Shown: positions 8,926-16,654 of the stretch, piece by piece
Layout of the letters: each line of letters opens with the position of its first letter
Position numbering within the stretch: the stretch's first letter is position 1
Source: an uncultured Eubacteriales bacterium
GTDB lineage: Bacteria; Bacillota; Clostridia; Oscillospirales; CAG-382
Direction: 5' to 3'
Length of the DNA stretch: 64,000 bases
Assembly (NCBI GenBank): GCA_934502885.1
Contig: CAKSUT010000001.1
Location: 143,814-207,813, forward strand
The notes under the pieces: model-generated
The model's database searches: none
What the model was told of the DNA's origin: nothing
What the model saw: only the letters and a program-made list of their open reading frames with translations
Position numbers and translations under genes: made by a program

Positions 8926-9561
8926 TTATGTTCCGACTCCGCACTTGTCCTTTACATACACCGCAATAAGCATATATGCGCACACAAATGCCGCCGAAAC
9001 GTTTCCTCCGCTGACAACAACCGCCCCGACCGCCGCCGTCACAAGAACTCCCATAGCGGCGTATGTCAGCCAAAGATATATTGACGAAGCGAGTGTGTAA
9101 TCAAGAGCCGTAAAGAGAATGTCCTCCGCCATACGTCCGCCGTCAAGTCCCCTTGCGGGGATAATGTTCACCGCGGCAAGGACGAGGTTTGCGGCGGCGA
9201 AAAATTTTAAGTGTACGCTTTGCGAAGAGAAAAACGCAAGGAAAAGAAGAAGGTTAAGCGCAATTCCGGCGGACGAAACAATAAGGTCTTTTTTGTACGA
9301 GGAAATTCCGCCGCCGATTCTTATTTCCGCTCCGAACGGGTATATATTTACGGTGTCGATGCGCTCACGGCACAGAAACGCCGCCGCAATGTGAGCTGCC
9401 TCATGGAGGAAAGCCGCCGAGACGCAAAGCAAAGTCCACGCTGAGAAGTCCGCCGCAAAAAAAGCGAGAAGTGCCGCTATTGCAAAAGCACTGACTCTCA
9501 CCGTCGGCGAATTGCCGCGTCCCGAGAAAATCTTTATCATTCCGAAAAGCTCATCCGTCAT
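8926..9561 (-). CDS. site-2 protease family (M50) membrane metalloprotease, short SpoIVFB-like form
   Basis: HExxH motif (FLHEAAHIAAAF) inside a transmembrane segment. A second motif NLVLAAVNIIPARGLDGGR is present and the protein is polytopic. I prefer ATG 9561, which has GGAGAGG upstream, over GTG 9570. Confidence 0.7.
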   Translation of the reverse strand: MTDELFGMIKIFSGRGNSPTVRVSAFAIAALLAFFAADFSAWTLLCVSAAFLHEAAHIAAAFLCRERIDTVNIYPFGAEIRIGGGISSYKKDLIVSSAGIALNLLLFLAFFSSQSVHLKFFAAANLVLAAVNIIPARGLDGGRMAEDILFTALDYTLASSIYLWLTYAAMGVLVTAAVGAVVVSGGNVSAAFVCAYMLIAVYVKDKCGVGT

Positions 9562-9748
9562 AGCCGACACCCTCTCCCGTTTTCAGATTTCGCGCAAGGT
9601 CGCCGAGTGTGATATTGCTCACATACTCCGCGCCGAAGTTTCCGACCTTCGCATCGGCATTGTACTTTATGTAAATCACGGTTGCGGCAAAAGCTGCGGC
9701 GCACAGCACGAGAAGCACCTGAGCGGCGGTAAGTCTGAAGTTTTTCAT
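9551..9748 (-). CDS. small single-pass membrane protein, overlaps the M50 start by 11 nt
   Basis: 65-aa ORF with AGAGGT 6-7 nt upstream of the ATG and an N-terminal transmembrane helix (AAQVLLVLCAAAFAATVIYI). It is translationally coupled to the M50 gene. Confidence 0.5.
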   Translation of the reverse strand: MKNFRLTAAQVLLVLCAAAFAATVIYIKYNADAKVGNFGAEYVSNITLGDLARNLKTGEGVGYDG

Positions 9749-9797
9749 GCGATTACCTCTTTCACGGATACGTAATGGTAGAGTATATGAAAGAAGA

Positions 9798-9833
9798 TAA
9801 AAAAACAGACCGAAAGCCGAAGCAGACGGTCTG
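9798..9833 (-). terminator. rho-independent terminator after the YgjV-like gene
   Basis: The stem is cagaccg / cggtctg (9806-9812 / 9827-9833). A T-run follows on the minus strand (plus-strand A-run 9798-9805). Confidence 0.75.
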
Positions 9834-9841
9834 AATTGTCA

Positions 9842-10402
9842 TTATGCTTTGTTTTCCGCATCTACCTGCTTAAAGTGCTGTCTTGCAAAGGATATTGCAA
9901 TGGAGATTATCGCAACGGATTCGTTCACGATGCCTATCCACGAGCCGACGTAAACGTCATAGATTATGAAGCACACCGACACGGGAACGGAGATCATCTT
10001 GGTAAGTCTCGGACTTTTTACCCAGAGAGAAATTGTAACGAAGGTCGAAGCGAATATCGGAAGAAGTCTCACCGCAACCTCCCACGCCTCGCCGCCGGAC
10101 TTCCACCTGAAAGCGGAAAGAGTCCAGTTTATGAGTATGAAGAGTATCGGGAAAACAACTGACCTTGCCCACTTTTTCTTCTCACTGTTTACAAAGACAA
10201 TCTCTCTGAATATGCCGACAAAGTTCGGTATTGCGCCCTCGTAGGCTCCGAGGATAACGTAGTGAAGCACCCAGCAGACATCGGCGCAGAGCTTTCCGGT
10301 AAGGAGTTTTTTGCGGTCGGTCTGCTGATAGAGTGCGAACAGGAAGAACATTCCGAGAAGTCCGAACGCCTGCGGAACTGCGATTTTCAGGATTTCATTC
10401 AT
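9842..10402 (-). CDS. YgjV-family (PnuC/SWEET-like) inner-membrane protein
   Basis: 186-aa polytopic protein. The sequence pattern ..LLGMFFLFALYQQTDRKKLL..CWVLHYVILGAY.. matches my memory of YgjV-family proteins. It sits 20 nt downstream of the BNR gene on the same strand. Confidence 0.55.
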   Translation of the reverse strand: MNEILKIAVPQAFGLLGMFFLFALYQQTDRKKLLTGKLCADVCWVLHYVILGAYEGAIPNFVGIFREIVFVNSEKKKWARSVVFPILFILINWTLSAFRWKSGGEAWEVAVRLLPIFASTFVTISLWVKSPRLTKMISVPVSVCFIIYDVYVGSWIGIVNESVAIISIAISFARQHFKQVDAENKA

Positions 10403-10421
10403 TTCACAAATGCCTTTCGGT

Positions 10422-11564
10422 TCAATCGCTAAGTGCGTCGAGAGGAATAATCGTCATCGCACAGTCCTCTTTGCCCTGAGAATAGATTATGTAGAGGTTT
10501 CCGCTAAGCTCGAGAGTCTTCGGGTATGCAAGCTGTGTTTCGTGACCTTTGGCGTTTTCGAAGAGTCTTATTCTCGGAAATGCCGCATGGCGAACCTTGT
10601 ATACGCTTGTGAAGAGAGTTTCGCCGGGCTTTGTGAGAGCTATTTCGAGAAGGCGTCTGCCCTCTTCAAGGCTGTTGAACACAACAAAGCTTCTTCCGTC
10701 GGAGAGGCGTCCGCCGACAGGCTGGCTCTCGCAAAGGGGAAGATTCGAGAGCTTGAGAGTCGTCCATGTGCGGCCGCCGTCAAAGCTTTCGGCTGTAGGT
10801 GCGCTCTCCATTTTGTAGTTCTCGAGTTTTCTCATGGGATGCCATCCGTTATATGTACGGCAGATAACTCTGAAATGATTATGTCCGTAGTAAACCGTTG
10901 CGGATTCGGGGAAAAGAAGTATGAGTTCCTTGGGACGGGGAACGACAACCTTATCCCAGTTGAGGAAATCCTCTCCGTGGCTTATAATAACCGCCGCATC
11001 ATCCCAGTGATTTTCGCCGCCGATGACATAGTCGCCGTCCTCGTTCTTCTGCGGAGCGGAAAATGGTACGAAGTCCTGTATTGCGTGACCGGGCTGATGC
11101 TCCCATTCCTCGGTTTCGTCGTTGTAGATGTATATCTCGGTTACAGGGTGATGATCCTTATCCCAGCAGACAAAGAAGCCGTAGAGAACGCCGTTGTGGT
11201 CGCAGATAAGAGGGTGGTTGTGTGACTCGGAACCTGCGGAGGGTGCCGCCGCCCATGTTTTAGGCTCGCTCCAGTGGAGTCCGTCATCGGATACCGCGCC
11301 TCTTACGAGCTCGTTCCAGTCTCCCGTTTCTCTTGTTTTGTGGTTTGCCCAGCCGGCGAAAAACTTGCCCTTATGAAAAGCTATCGTCGCTTCGTGAAGG
11401 TAGTAGTATCCGCCCTCCTTGGCTTCGGTAACTTTCACGGTGGTGAAGACCTTGGGTTCCTTCATTTCCTCGTGCGACGGGAACGGCACATTAGGATCCC
11501 ATACCGGTTCAAGCGTCTTATCTGCGGCAATTTCAGTTGATCTGAATATCTTATTCTCTTCCAT
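10422..11564 (-). CDS. cytoplasmic BNR/Asp-box (sialidase-fold-like) protein
   Basis: Two Asp-box-like motifs are present: SDDGLHWS and SFDGGRTWT. There is no signal peptide. The start was moved to MEENKIF (ATG 11562-11564), which has AAGGAG 9 nt upstream. Confidence 0.55.
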   Translation of the reverse strand: MEENKIFRSTEIAADKTLEPVWDPNVPFPSHEEMKEPKVFTTVKVTEAKEGGYYYLHEATIAFHKGKFFAGWANHKTRETGDWNELVRGAVSDDGLHWSEPKTWAAAPSAGSESHNHPLICDHNGVLYGFFVCWDKDHHPVTEIYIYNDETEEWEHQPGHAIQDFVPFSAPQKNEDGDYVIGGENHWDDAAVIISHGEDFLNWDKVVVPRPKELILLFPESATVYYGHNHFRVICRTYNGWHPMRKLENYKMESAPTAESFDGGRTWTTLKLSNLPLCESQPVGGRLSDGRSFVVFNSLEEGRRLLEIALTKPGETLFTSVYKVRHAAFPRIRLFENAKGHETQLAYPKTLELSGNLYIIYSQGKEDCAMTIIPLDALSD

Positions 11565-11624
11565 GTGTATCAAGCTCCTTTTGAAATACATATTTCATTT
11601 TTAATGATTATATCACATACATTC

Positions 11625-11646
11625 TTGAAAGTCAAGTACTTTTCAA
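11625..11646. promoter_or_regulatory. imperfect palindrome, candidate IclR operator in the divergent intergenic region
   Basis: TTGAAAGT-caagt-ACTTTTCAA lies between the BNR/YgjV operon and iclR. Confidence 0.3.
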
Positions 11647-11666
11647 AAAAATTGATAAAAAAGGGG

Positions 11667-11695
11667 TTGATATGTCAAAAAGTCTATGGTAAAAT
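11667..11695 (+). promoter_or_regulatory. promoter of the IclR-family gene
   Basis: TTGATA (11667-11672), a 17-nt spacer ending in TGg, then TAAAAT (11690-11695). Confidence 0.6.
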
Positions 11696-11731
11696 AAGAT
11701 TGATGAAATATAAGGAAGCGGAGGAATCGCA

Positions 11732-12502
11732 TTGGAGACAAACGGAAACATAAAAGTACTCGAAAAGGCACTGACGGTTCTCGACGTCGTAAAAGACGCA
11801 AAACAGCCGACAGGTGTGAACGAGATAGCGAAAATCTGCGGTTTGAGTGCGGCGACGACGTTCAGAATACTGAAGACACTCAAAAACCGCGGCTGGGTAT
11901 ATCAGGACGAAAACGAGAAATACACGGTAGGTCATAAGATATCGTACGTAACCGAGAAAAACAATTTTTACACCGCGCTCAAAGAGGTGGCGTATTTCAC
12001 GATGTCCGCACTTACGGCGCAGGAGAAGCAGGCAATGAACCTTGTCGTTCGCGAAGAAGACAAGTGCCGTATAATCGGGCAGTCGCGGACGATGAAAATT
12101 GTCGATTACACGCCGCCTGTCGGCACGATACTCCCCTTTCACGCGAGTGCCTGCGGCAAGGTGCTTCTCGCGTATGCGCCCGAGACAATAAGAGATGCAA
12201 TTCTCGGCTCTATAGATTACGTGAAGATGACCAAAAGCACGATAACCTCGCGCGAAGACCTCGAAAAAGAGCTTGAGAAGATAAGAACCCAAGGCTTTGC
12301 GATAGATGCGCATGAGTCGCAGGAGGAAGGCTTCTGCATGGCGGTCCCGGTGTTCGACCCGGACGGCGGCGTTCTGGCGGCGCTCTCCTTCTCGGGATTC
12401 ATCGGTCAGCGCGACGTTGAAGAGGTGGACAGGTACGTGAAAATTCTCAAGCAGGCGTCAGCAGAAATAACCGAAAAGGTGTTTGGGATGACGGAGAACT
12501 GA
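11732..12502 (+). CDS. IclR-family transcriptional regulator
   Basis: N-terminal winged HTH (VLEKALTVLDVV..PTGVNEIAKICGLSAATTFRILKTL) plus a C-terminal IclR effector domain. It uses a TTG start with GGAGGA 6 nt upstream. Confidence 0.85.
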   Translation: METNGNIKVLEKALTVLDVVKDAKQPTGVNEIAKICGLSAATTFRILKTLKNRGWVYQDENEKYTVGHKISYVTEKNNFYTALKEVAYFTMSALTAQEKQAMNLVVREEDKCRIIGQSRTMKIVDYTPPVGTILPFHASACGKVLLAYAPETIRDAILGSIDYVKMTKSTITSREDLEKELEKIRTQGFAIDAHESQEEGFCMAVPVFDPDGGVLAALSFSGFIGQRDVEEVDRYVKILKQASAEITEKVFGMTEN

Positions 12503-12526
12503 AAAGACCGGATTTATAATGTGTTT

Positions 12527-12559
12527 GAACCGACTCGTGAGGGTCGGTTCTTTTTTGCG
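12527..12559 (+). terminator. rho-independent terminator, copy 1 of a 33-nt exact repeat
   Basis: The sequence is gaaccgactcgtgagggtcggttcttttttgcg. The stem is GAACCGAC/GTCGGTTC followed by T6. It is identical to 16548-16580. Confidence 0.85.
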
Positions 12560-12648
12560 GCAGGACTTTCAACAGTACCGATAAGGTTTTCAAAATGTAC
12601 ATTGAACAAATTTTCAGTCACATTTGTGTTAACATTTGTCTTAAATGA

Positions 12649-12677
12649 TTGAAAATACAAATAAATCATGGTATGAT
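12649..12677 (+). promoter_or_regulatory. promoter of the Wzy_C-like/WG-repeat pair
   Basis: TTGAAA (12649-12654), a 17-nt spacer ending in TGg, then TATGAT (12672-12677). Confidence 0.6.
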
Positions 12678-12714
12678 TGTTATAAAAAAGTCTGTTTTAA
12701 AAACGGAGATACAT

Positions 12715-14220
12715 ATGCAACAAAAAGTCAAAACGAACGGCAACAGCCTTTTTTATGTCGTATCGGCAGGAGTGTTCACCGTCGCTCTCTGTAATCAAGG
12801 GTCGTTCTACGGCGGCGGAATTGTTTTTGCCGGATTACTGACGGCAGTATTTTTGCTCGGCAAATTGTCCTTTGTTAAAGCAACCGATGCTCCTTATCTG
12901 TATTTCTGCGCATGGTATTTTTTCTGCGCGGTGAAAAACGGATTCGTCGCAGAGTTTGCAGCCATCGGACTCATACCGTCAATCGCATATCTTTTTCTCC
13001 TCATGTGCCGCGCCGACAGCGCACACAAGGAAAAGCTTACAGCACTGTTTTTGCGGGTCTGTATACCGATATCCGTAGTATCAATAATACTCTGGGTTAT
13101 AATGTCAATTGAAAAGGGATTCATTGCAAGAGCCTATTTTCCGTTTTTCTATTCCAACACAACCGGCATTTTCTTCGGGGTATGCTACATTCTCGCAAGC
13201 CTTTCGGGCGATGATGTCATGAAAAAAGCAAAGTACCTCTTTATATTCTCGCTTCTGACAACAATGTCGGTAGGAGCCGCGGCGATAACCTACCTCGCGA
13301 TACTTGCGACGGACAGAAACAAAAAGAGGGTTATAATTTACACGGCGGTCTGTATTGCCGGTGCGTTTTTCATGAAAGAGCGGCTTATTGAAAGCGGCGG
13401 AACATTTGCCGAACGGCTTTTGCAAATTCACGACGGAATTATGTGTGCGGTGTCAAACCCGATATTCGGAATTGGCGCAGGGCGGTGGGAAAATGCAAAG
13501 CAGATATACCAGACAGGGTTCTACACCGCAAAGCTCATACATTGCAGTCCCATACAGGTATGTGCGGAGTCCGGGTTCATCGGAGGAATACTTCTTTTGA
13601 TATCGGCTTTGGCGGCAATGCTTCGCATAAAGGGCGACAGAAAATCATTTGTATGTGCGGTCATGCTCTTTGCGCACAGCTTCTTTGACTTCGACCTTTA
13701 TTTTGCGGCGTTCGGAATGTTTTTCGCTCTTCTCGTCTGCCCTGCCGAAAATACGTCAATACCGCAAAGGAGGTCTGCTTCTGTTGCGGCACGTACCCTC
13801 TGTTTATCTCTCGCAGTTGTGTTTACGGCAAACGCAGTGATACTTGCGTCGGCGAAGCGATATGAGAGTGCGGCAAAGACTTACGGTGCCGATTTCGCAA
13901 TTGCAGAGTACGAAACAACAGCGGCAATGTTTTCAAGTAATGCGACCGAGGTTTACGCAAATGCGCTTGCCGAGAGCGGACGGCGTGACGAATACATAAA
14001 AGTGTACGATAAAATCGAATATCCGTCGCCAAAGCTTACAGTACAAAGAGTAGTGCTGAACGGAAAGAATGCCGATGAAATTGCGGCACTTTTGGATGAA
14101 CAGCCGTTCAACACCGAATTTTCCGAAGCTTTCGGCGACAGCGAGGTAAGCGAAAAAGCACTTGTAAAGATGTCGTATTTCGGCAAAAAATTATATGAAA
14201 TGAGGGGTACAAACGAATGA
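12715..14220 (+). CDS. O-antigen ligase/polymerase-like (Wzy_C-type) polytopic membrane protein with a soluble C-terminal extension
   Basis: About 10 or more transmembrane segments. A loop ..FGIGAGRWENAKQIYQTGFYTAKLIHCSPIQVCAESGFIGGILLL.. is typical of Wzy_C/WaaL-type proteins. The start was moved to ATG 12715 (GGAGA 5 nt upstream), since the track start 12649 is the TTG inside the promoter. Confidence 0.6.
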   Translation: MQQKVKTNGNSLFYVVSAGVFTVALCNQGSFYGGGIVFAGLLTAVFLLGKLSFVKATDAPYLYFCAWYFFCAVKNGFVAEFAAIGLIPSIAYLFLLMCRADSAHKEKLTALFLRVCIPISVVSIILWVIMSIEKGFIARAYFPFFYSNTTGIFFGVCYILASLSGDDVMKKAKYLFIFSLLTTMSVGAAAITYLAILATDRNKKRVIIYTAVCIAGAFFMKERLIESGGTFAERLLQIHDGIMCAVSNPIFGIGAGRWENAKQIYQTGFYTAKLIHCSPIQVCAESGFIGGILLLISALAAMLRIKGDRKSFVCAVMLFAHSFFDFDLYFAAFGMFFALLVCPAENTSIPQRRSASVAARTLCLSLAVVFTANAVILASAKRYESAAKTYGADFAIAEYETTAAMFSSNATEVYANALAESGRRDEYIKVYDKIEYPSPKLTVQRVVLNGKNADEIAALLDEQPFNTEFSEAFGDSEVSEKALVKMSYFGKKLYEMRGTNE

Positions 14221-16526
14221 AACAGCAAACAAACACAAGGATGGTGCGCAGAATAATCACAGCGGTTATCAGCGTCATTCTCACGGCGGCAATGACTCTC
14301 GGAGGAAGCGTGAACGCTGCGGAGGCTTTGCAGTGGGCGCTTGAGCCGACGTCGGTGTACAAATCCATTTACCACGCCGGCGGTGATTACTGGACCGTTA
14401 CCGACGCACAGGGGAGAATGGGGCTTATAACAAGCGACGGTAAAATCATTGCCGATAACATCGGTGAAGACCGTGAAGACAATTACGTTTTTAACCATGG
14501 CTACGGCAAATTCAATATTGTACACGAGAAATTTGTTTCAATATGCCGGAACGGAAAATACGGCTTGGTTGATGCAAACAATAACACAGTCATACCGTTT
14601 GAGTATGATACATACATTGAGGGTGTCGCCGGCGACGAATCACTTCTGATTGCCCAAAAGAACGGAAAATTCGGAGTGATTAACTTTCAGGACAATGCCG
14701 TAATTCCTATTATTTATGATTCTATTGAAAAGTTTTTTTATGATTACTACATAATCTCGTTAAACAACAAATACGGAGTGATTGACAAAAGCGGAAATGC
14801 CGTTTCAGCCATAACATATGATTCCATAACCTATTTCATGGACAATTATCACGAAGTCACCGTCGGTGAATTGCACGGCATTATTGACAAAAACGGAAAT
14901 ATAGTAATACAGCCGAAATACAAAAAGGTTGCATACGACTGGGAGAATAAATGGTTTGCCGTAAGTGCCGACGGGGATCTGTATGGAATTGTCGACTCCT
15001 CTGGAAATGCCCCTCTTAATGGCAAGTATTATTTTTACACCAATGGTATCTCCATATATAATATGCATAATCACTACAGAATACTCAGTGCTCCAGTAAA
15101 CTCAGGTCATTGCTATTGCGGCTTAATTGACATGAACGGTAGAATTATTGTTCCTACTGAATACTCAGATATTAGTTTTATAAATGATAATCTGATTAAA
15201 GCAACTAAGTCCTATGCCAACAAATATCGTGAAGAAACAATTTACAACACTCAAGGCGAAATAATAAATAGCTTCGGATATTATTCAACATACGACAATA
15301 ACAACAGAGTATTCAACGGTATGGATTTCTACGACAGTTATATTATTGAGATAAAGGGCGGAAAATACGGAATAATCGATTATACTGGCAAAGTTCTTGT
15401 TTCTCATAAATATGACAATCTCAGCCCAAAATACGACAGTAATTACAACTACATAGTTGCAGAACTCAACGGCAAATACGGTGTAATCAATATAAACGAC
15501 ACAGAGATATTGTCATTCATATATGACTCCATTTACTTTCGAAGCTTCGACACGCTGGAAGTGACAAAAAATGGTTGCGTCGGAATAATTGACATATATG
15601 GCAACATTCTCATTCCCTTTGTAAACGGTACAAGTCTGGCAGACTTTTCCTACGGATTATACTTAGTGTATTGCAACGGCAAAGTCGGAATAATTGACAC
15701 ACAAGGAAACACAGTAATACCGGCAATCTATGACTACCTTTATAACGATGAGGACAACAACTCAATTTTTGCGAGTATTTACGTAAATGATTCAAATGAA
15801 AGCTTCGAATACTTTGATTACTCCGGGAATGTTATTACTTCGACAATTACTTCGACAAAAGAAGAATGGGACGAAACTATAACAGTCGGCAACAAAAAAT
15901 ACTACATCCGTTTTAATGAGCATAAATCAGGAAACATAGCTGACATTGTTTATAGCTCAAACAACATTCCGGTTATAGAGTGCAGAAAAAAAAGCTATTT
16001 GGGAGACTCTTTCGATTCTTGGGACTCTTTCGACTCTTGGAATCTCAATTATCATGACTCCTACACCGACTTCGGCTTCACCGACGGCAACAGTGTTGCG
16101 ATTTTACGTCTTTACGCCGGTGCAGGCTCTGTGATAAACAAGGTTCTCCACACCGACATTATGTGCAAGGTCGGCGGCAAGGCGATACGGTCGTACAACA
16201 TTGACGGAAACACGGCGATTGTCGCGGAGGATCTTCTGAATTACGGTTTCGGCGTGGCGTGGGACGGCGAGGCGAGGACGCTCTCTGTGACAAAGGGAAG
16301 CGGTGAGGCGGTCGGAATGGGAGACATCCCGAAAGATACTGCCGAGGTCGGTTCGTATGCTATGGACGTTTACGCAACCGATATCACAACCTACGTTGAC
16401 GGCAAAAAGGTCAAGGGTTACAACATCGGCGGCTACACGATAATCTTCGTTGACGACCTTGCGGCTTTCGGAAACGTTTCGTGGAACGGAGACACAAGAG
16501 AGATTACGTTTGAGTTTGCAAAGTAA
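14217..16526 (+). CDS. secreted WG-containing (KWG-type) repeat protein with two C-terminal ~55-aa repeats
   Basis: Signal peptide RRIITAVISVILTAAMTLGGSVNA. More than 10 repeats of the type NGKYGLVDANNNTVIPFEYD, NGKFGVINFQDNAVIPIIYDSI and NNKYGVIDKSGNAVSAITYDSI. The C-terminal repeats are ..VGGKAIRSYNIDGNTAIVAEDLLNYGFGVAWDGEARTLSV.. and ..VDGKKVKGYNIGGYTIIFVDDLAAFGNVSWNGDTREITF... The ATG overlaps the upstream stop codon (ATGA). Confidence 0.8.
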   Translation: MKQQTNTRMVRRIITAVISVILTAAMTLGGSVNAAEALQWALEPTSVYKSIYHAGGDYWTVTDAQGRMGLITSDGKIIADNIGEDREDNYVFNHGYGKFNIVHEKFVSICRNGKYGLVDANNNTVIPFEYDTYIEGVAGDESLLIAQKNGKFGVINFQDNAVIPIIYDSIEKFFYDYYIISLNNKYGVIDKSGNAVSAITYDSITYFMDNYHEVTVGELHGIIDKNGNIVIQPKYKKVAYDWENKWFAVSADGDLYGIVDSSGNAPLNGKYYFYTNGISIYNMHNHYRILSAPVNSGHCYCGLIDMNGRIIVPTEYSDISFINDNLIKATKSYANKYREETIYNTQGEIINSFGYYSTYDNNNRVFNGMDFYDSYIIEIKGGKYGIIDYTGKVLVSHKYDNLSPKYDSNYNYIVAELNGKYGVININDTEILSFIYDSIYFRSFDTLEVTKNGCVGIIDIYGNILIPFVNGTSLADFSYGLYLVYCNGKVGIIDTQGNTVIPAIYDYLYNDEDNNSIFASIYVNDSNESFEYFDYSGNVITSTITSTKEEWDETITVGNKKYYIRFNEHKSGNIADIVYSSNNIPVIECRKKSYLGDSFDSWDSFDSWNLNYHDSYTDFGFTDGNSVAILRLYAGAGSVINKVLHTDIMCKVGGKAIRSYNIDGNTAIVAEDLLNYGFGVAWDGEARTLSVTKGSGEAVGMGDIPKDTAEVGSYAMDVYATDITTYVDGKKVKGYNIGGYTIIFVDDLAAFGNVSWNGDTREITFEFAK

Positions 16527-16547
16527 AATTCAAGGTAAATGTGAAAA

Positions 16548-16580
16548 GAACCGACTCGTGAGGGTCGGTTCTTTTTTGCG
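16548..16580 (+). terminator. rho-independent terminator, copy 2 of the 33-nt exact repeat
   Basis: gaaccgactcgtgagggtcggttcttttttgcg, identical to 12527-12559. It is preceded by an A-run, so it may act in both directions. Confidence 0.85.
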
Positions 16581-16608
16581 TATGAGTATGGTAAAGTGTG
16601 TGGCGTAT

Positions 16609-16638
16609 GAAAAAAGGACGCACCGAAAGGCACGTCCC
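16609..16638 (-). terminator. terminator of murA
   Basis: The minus strand reads GGGGACGTGCCTTTCGGTGCGTCCTTTTTT, 17 nt after the murA stop. The stem has an internal mismatch. Confidence 0.6.
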
Positions 16639-16654
16639 CAAAATCACAAAAACA

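Noticed and set aside
12527-16580. I considered calling the terminator-flanked cassette a mobile element or genomic islet.
   Set aside because: It has no integrase, transposase or recombinase, no inverted terminal repeats, and no target-site duplication beyond the terminator copies themselves. I kept it only as a repeat-bracketed cassette in the findings.
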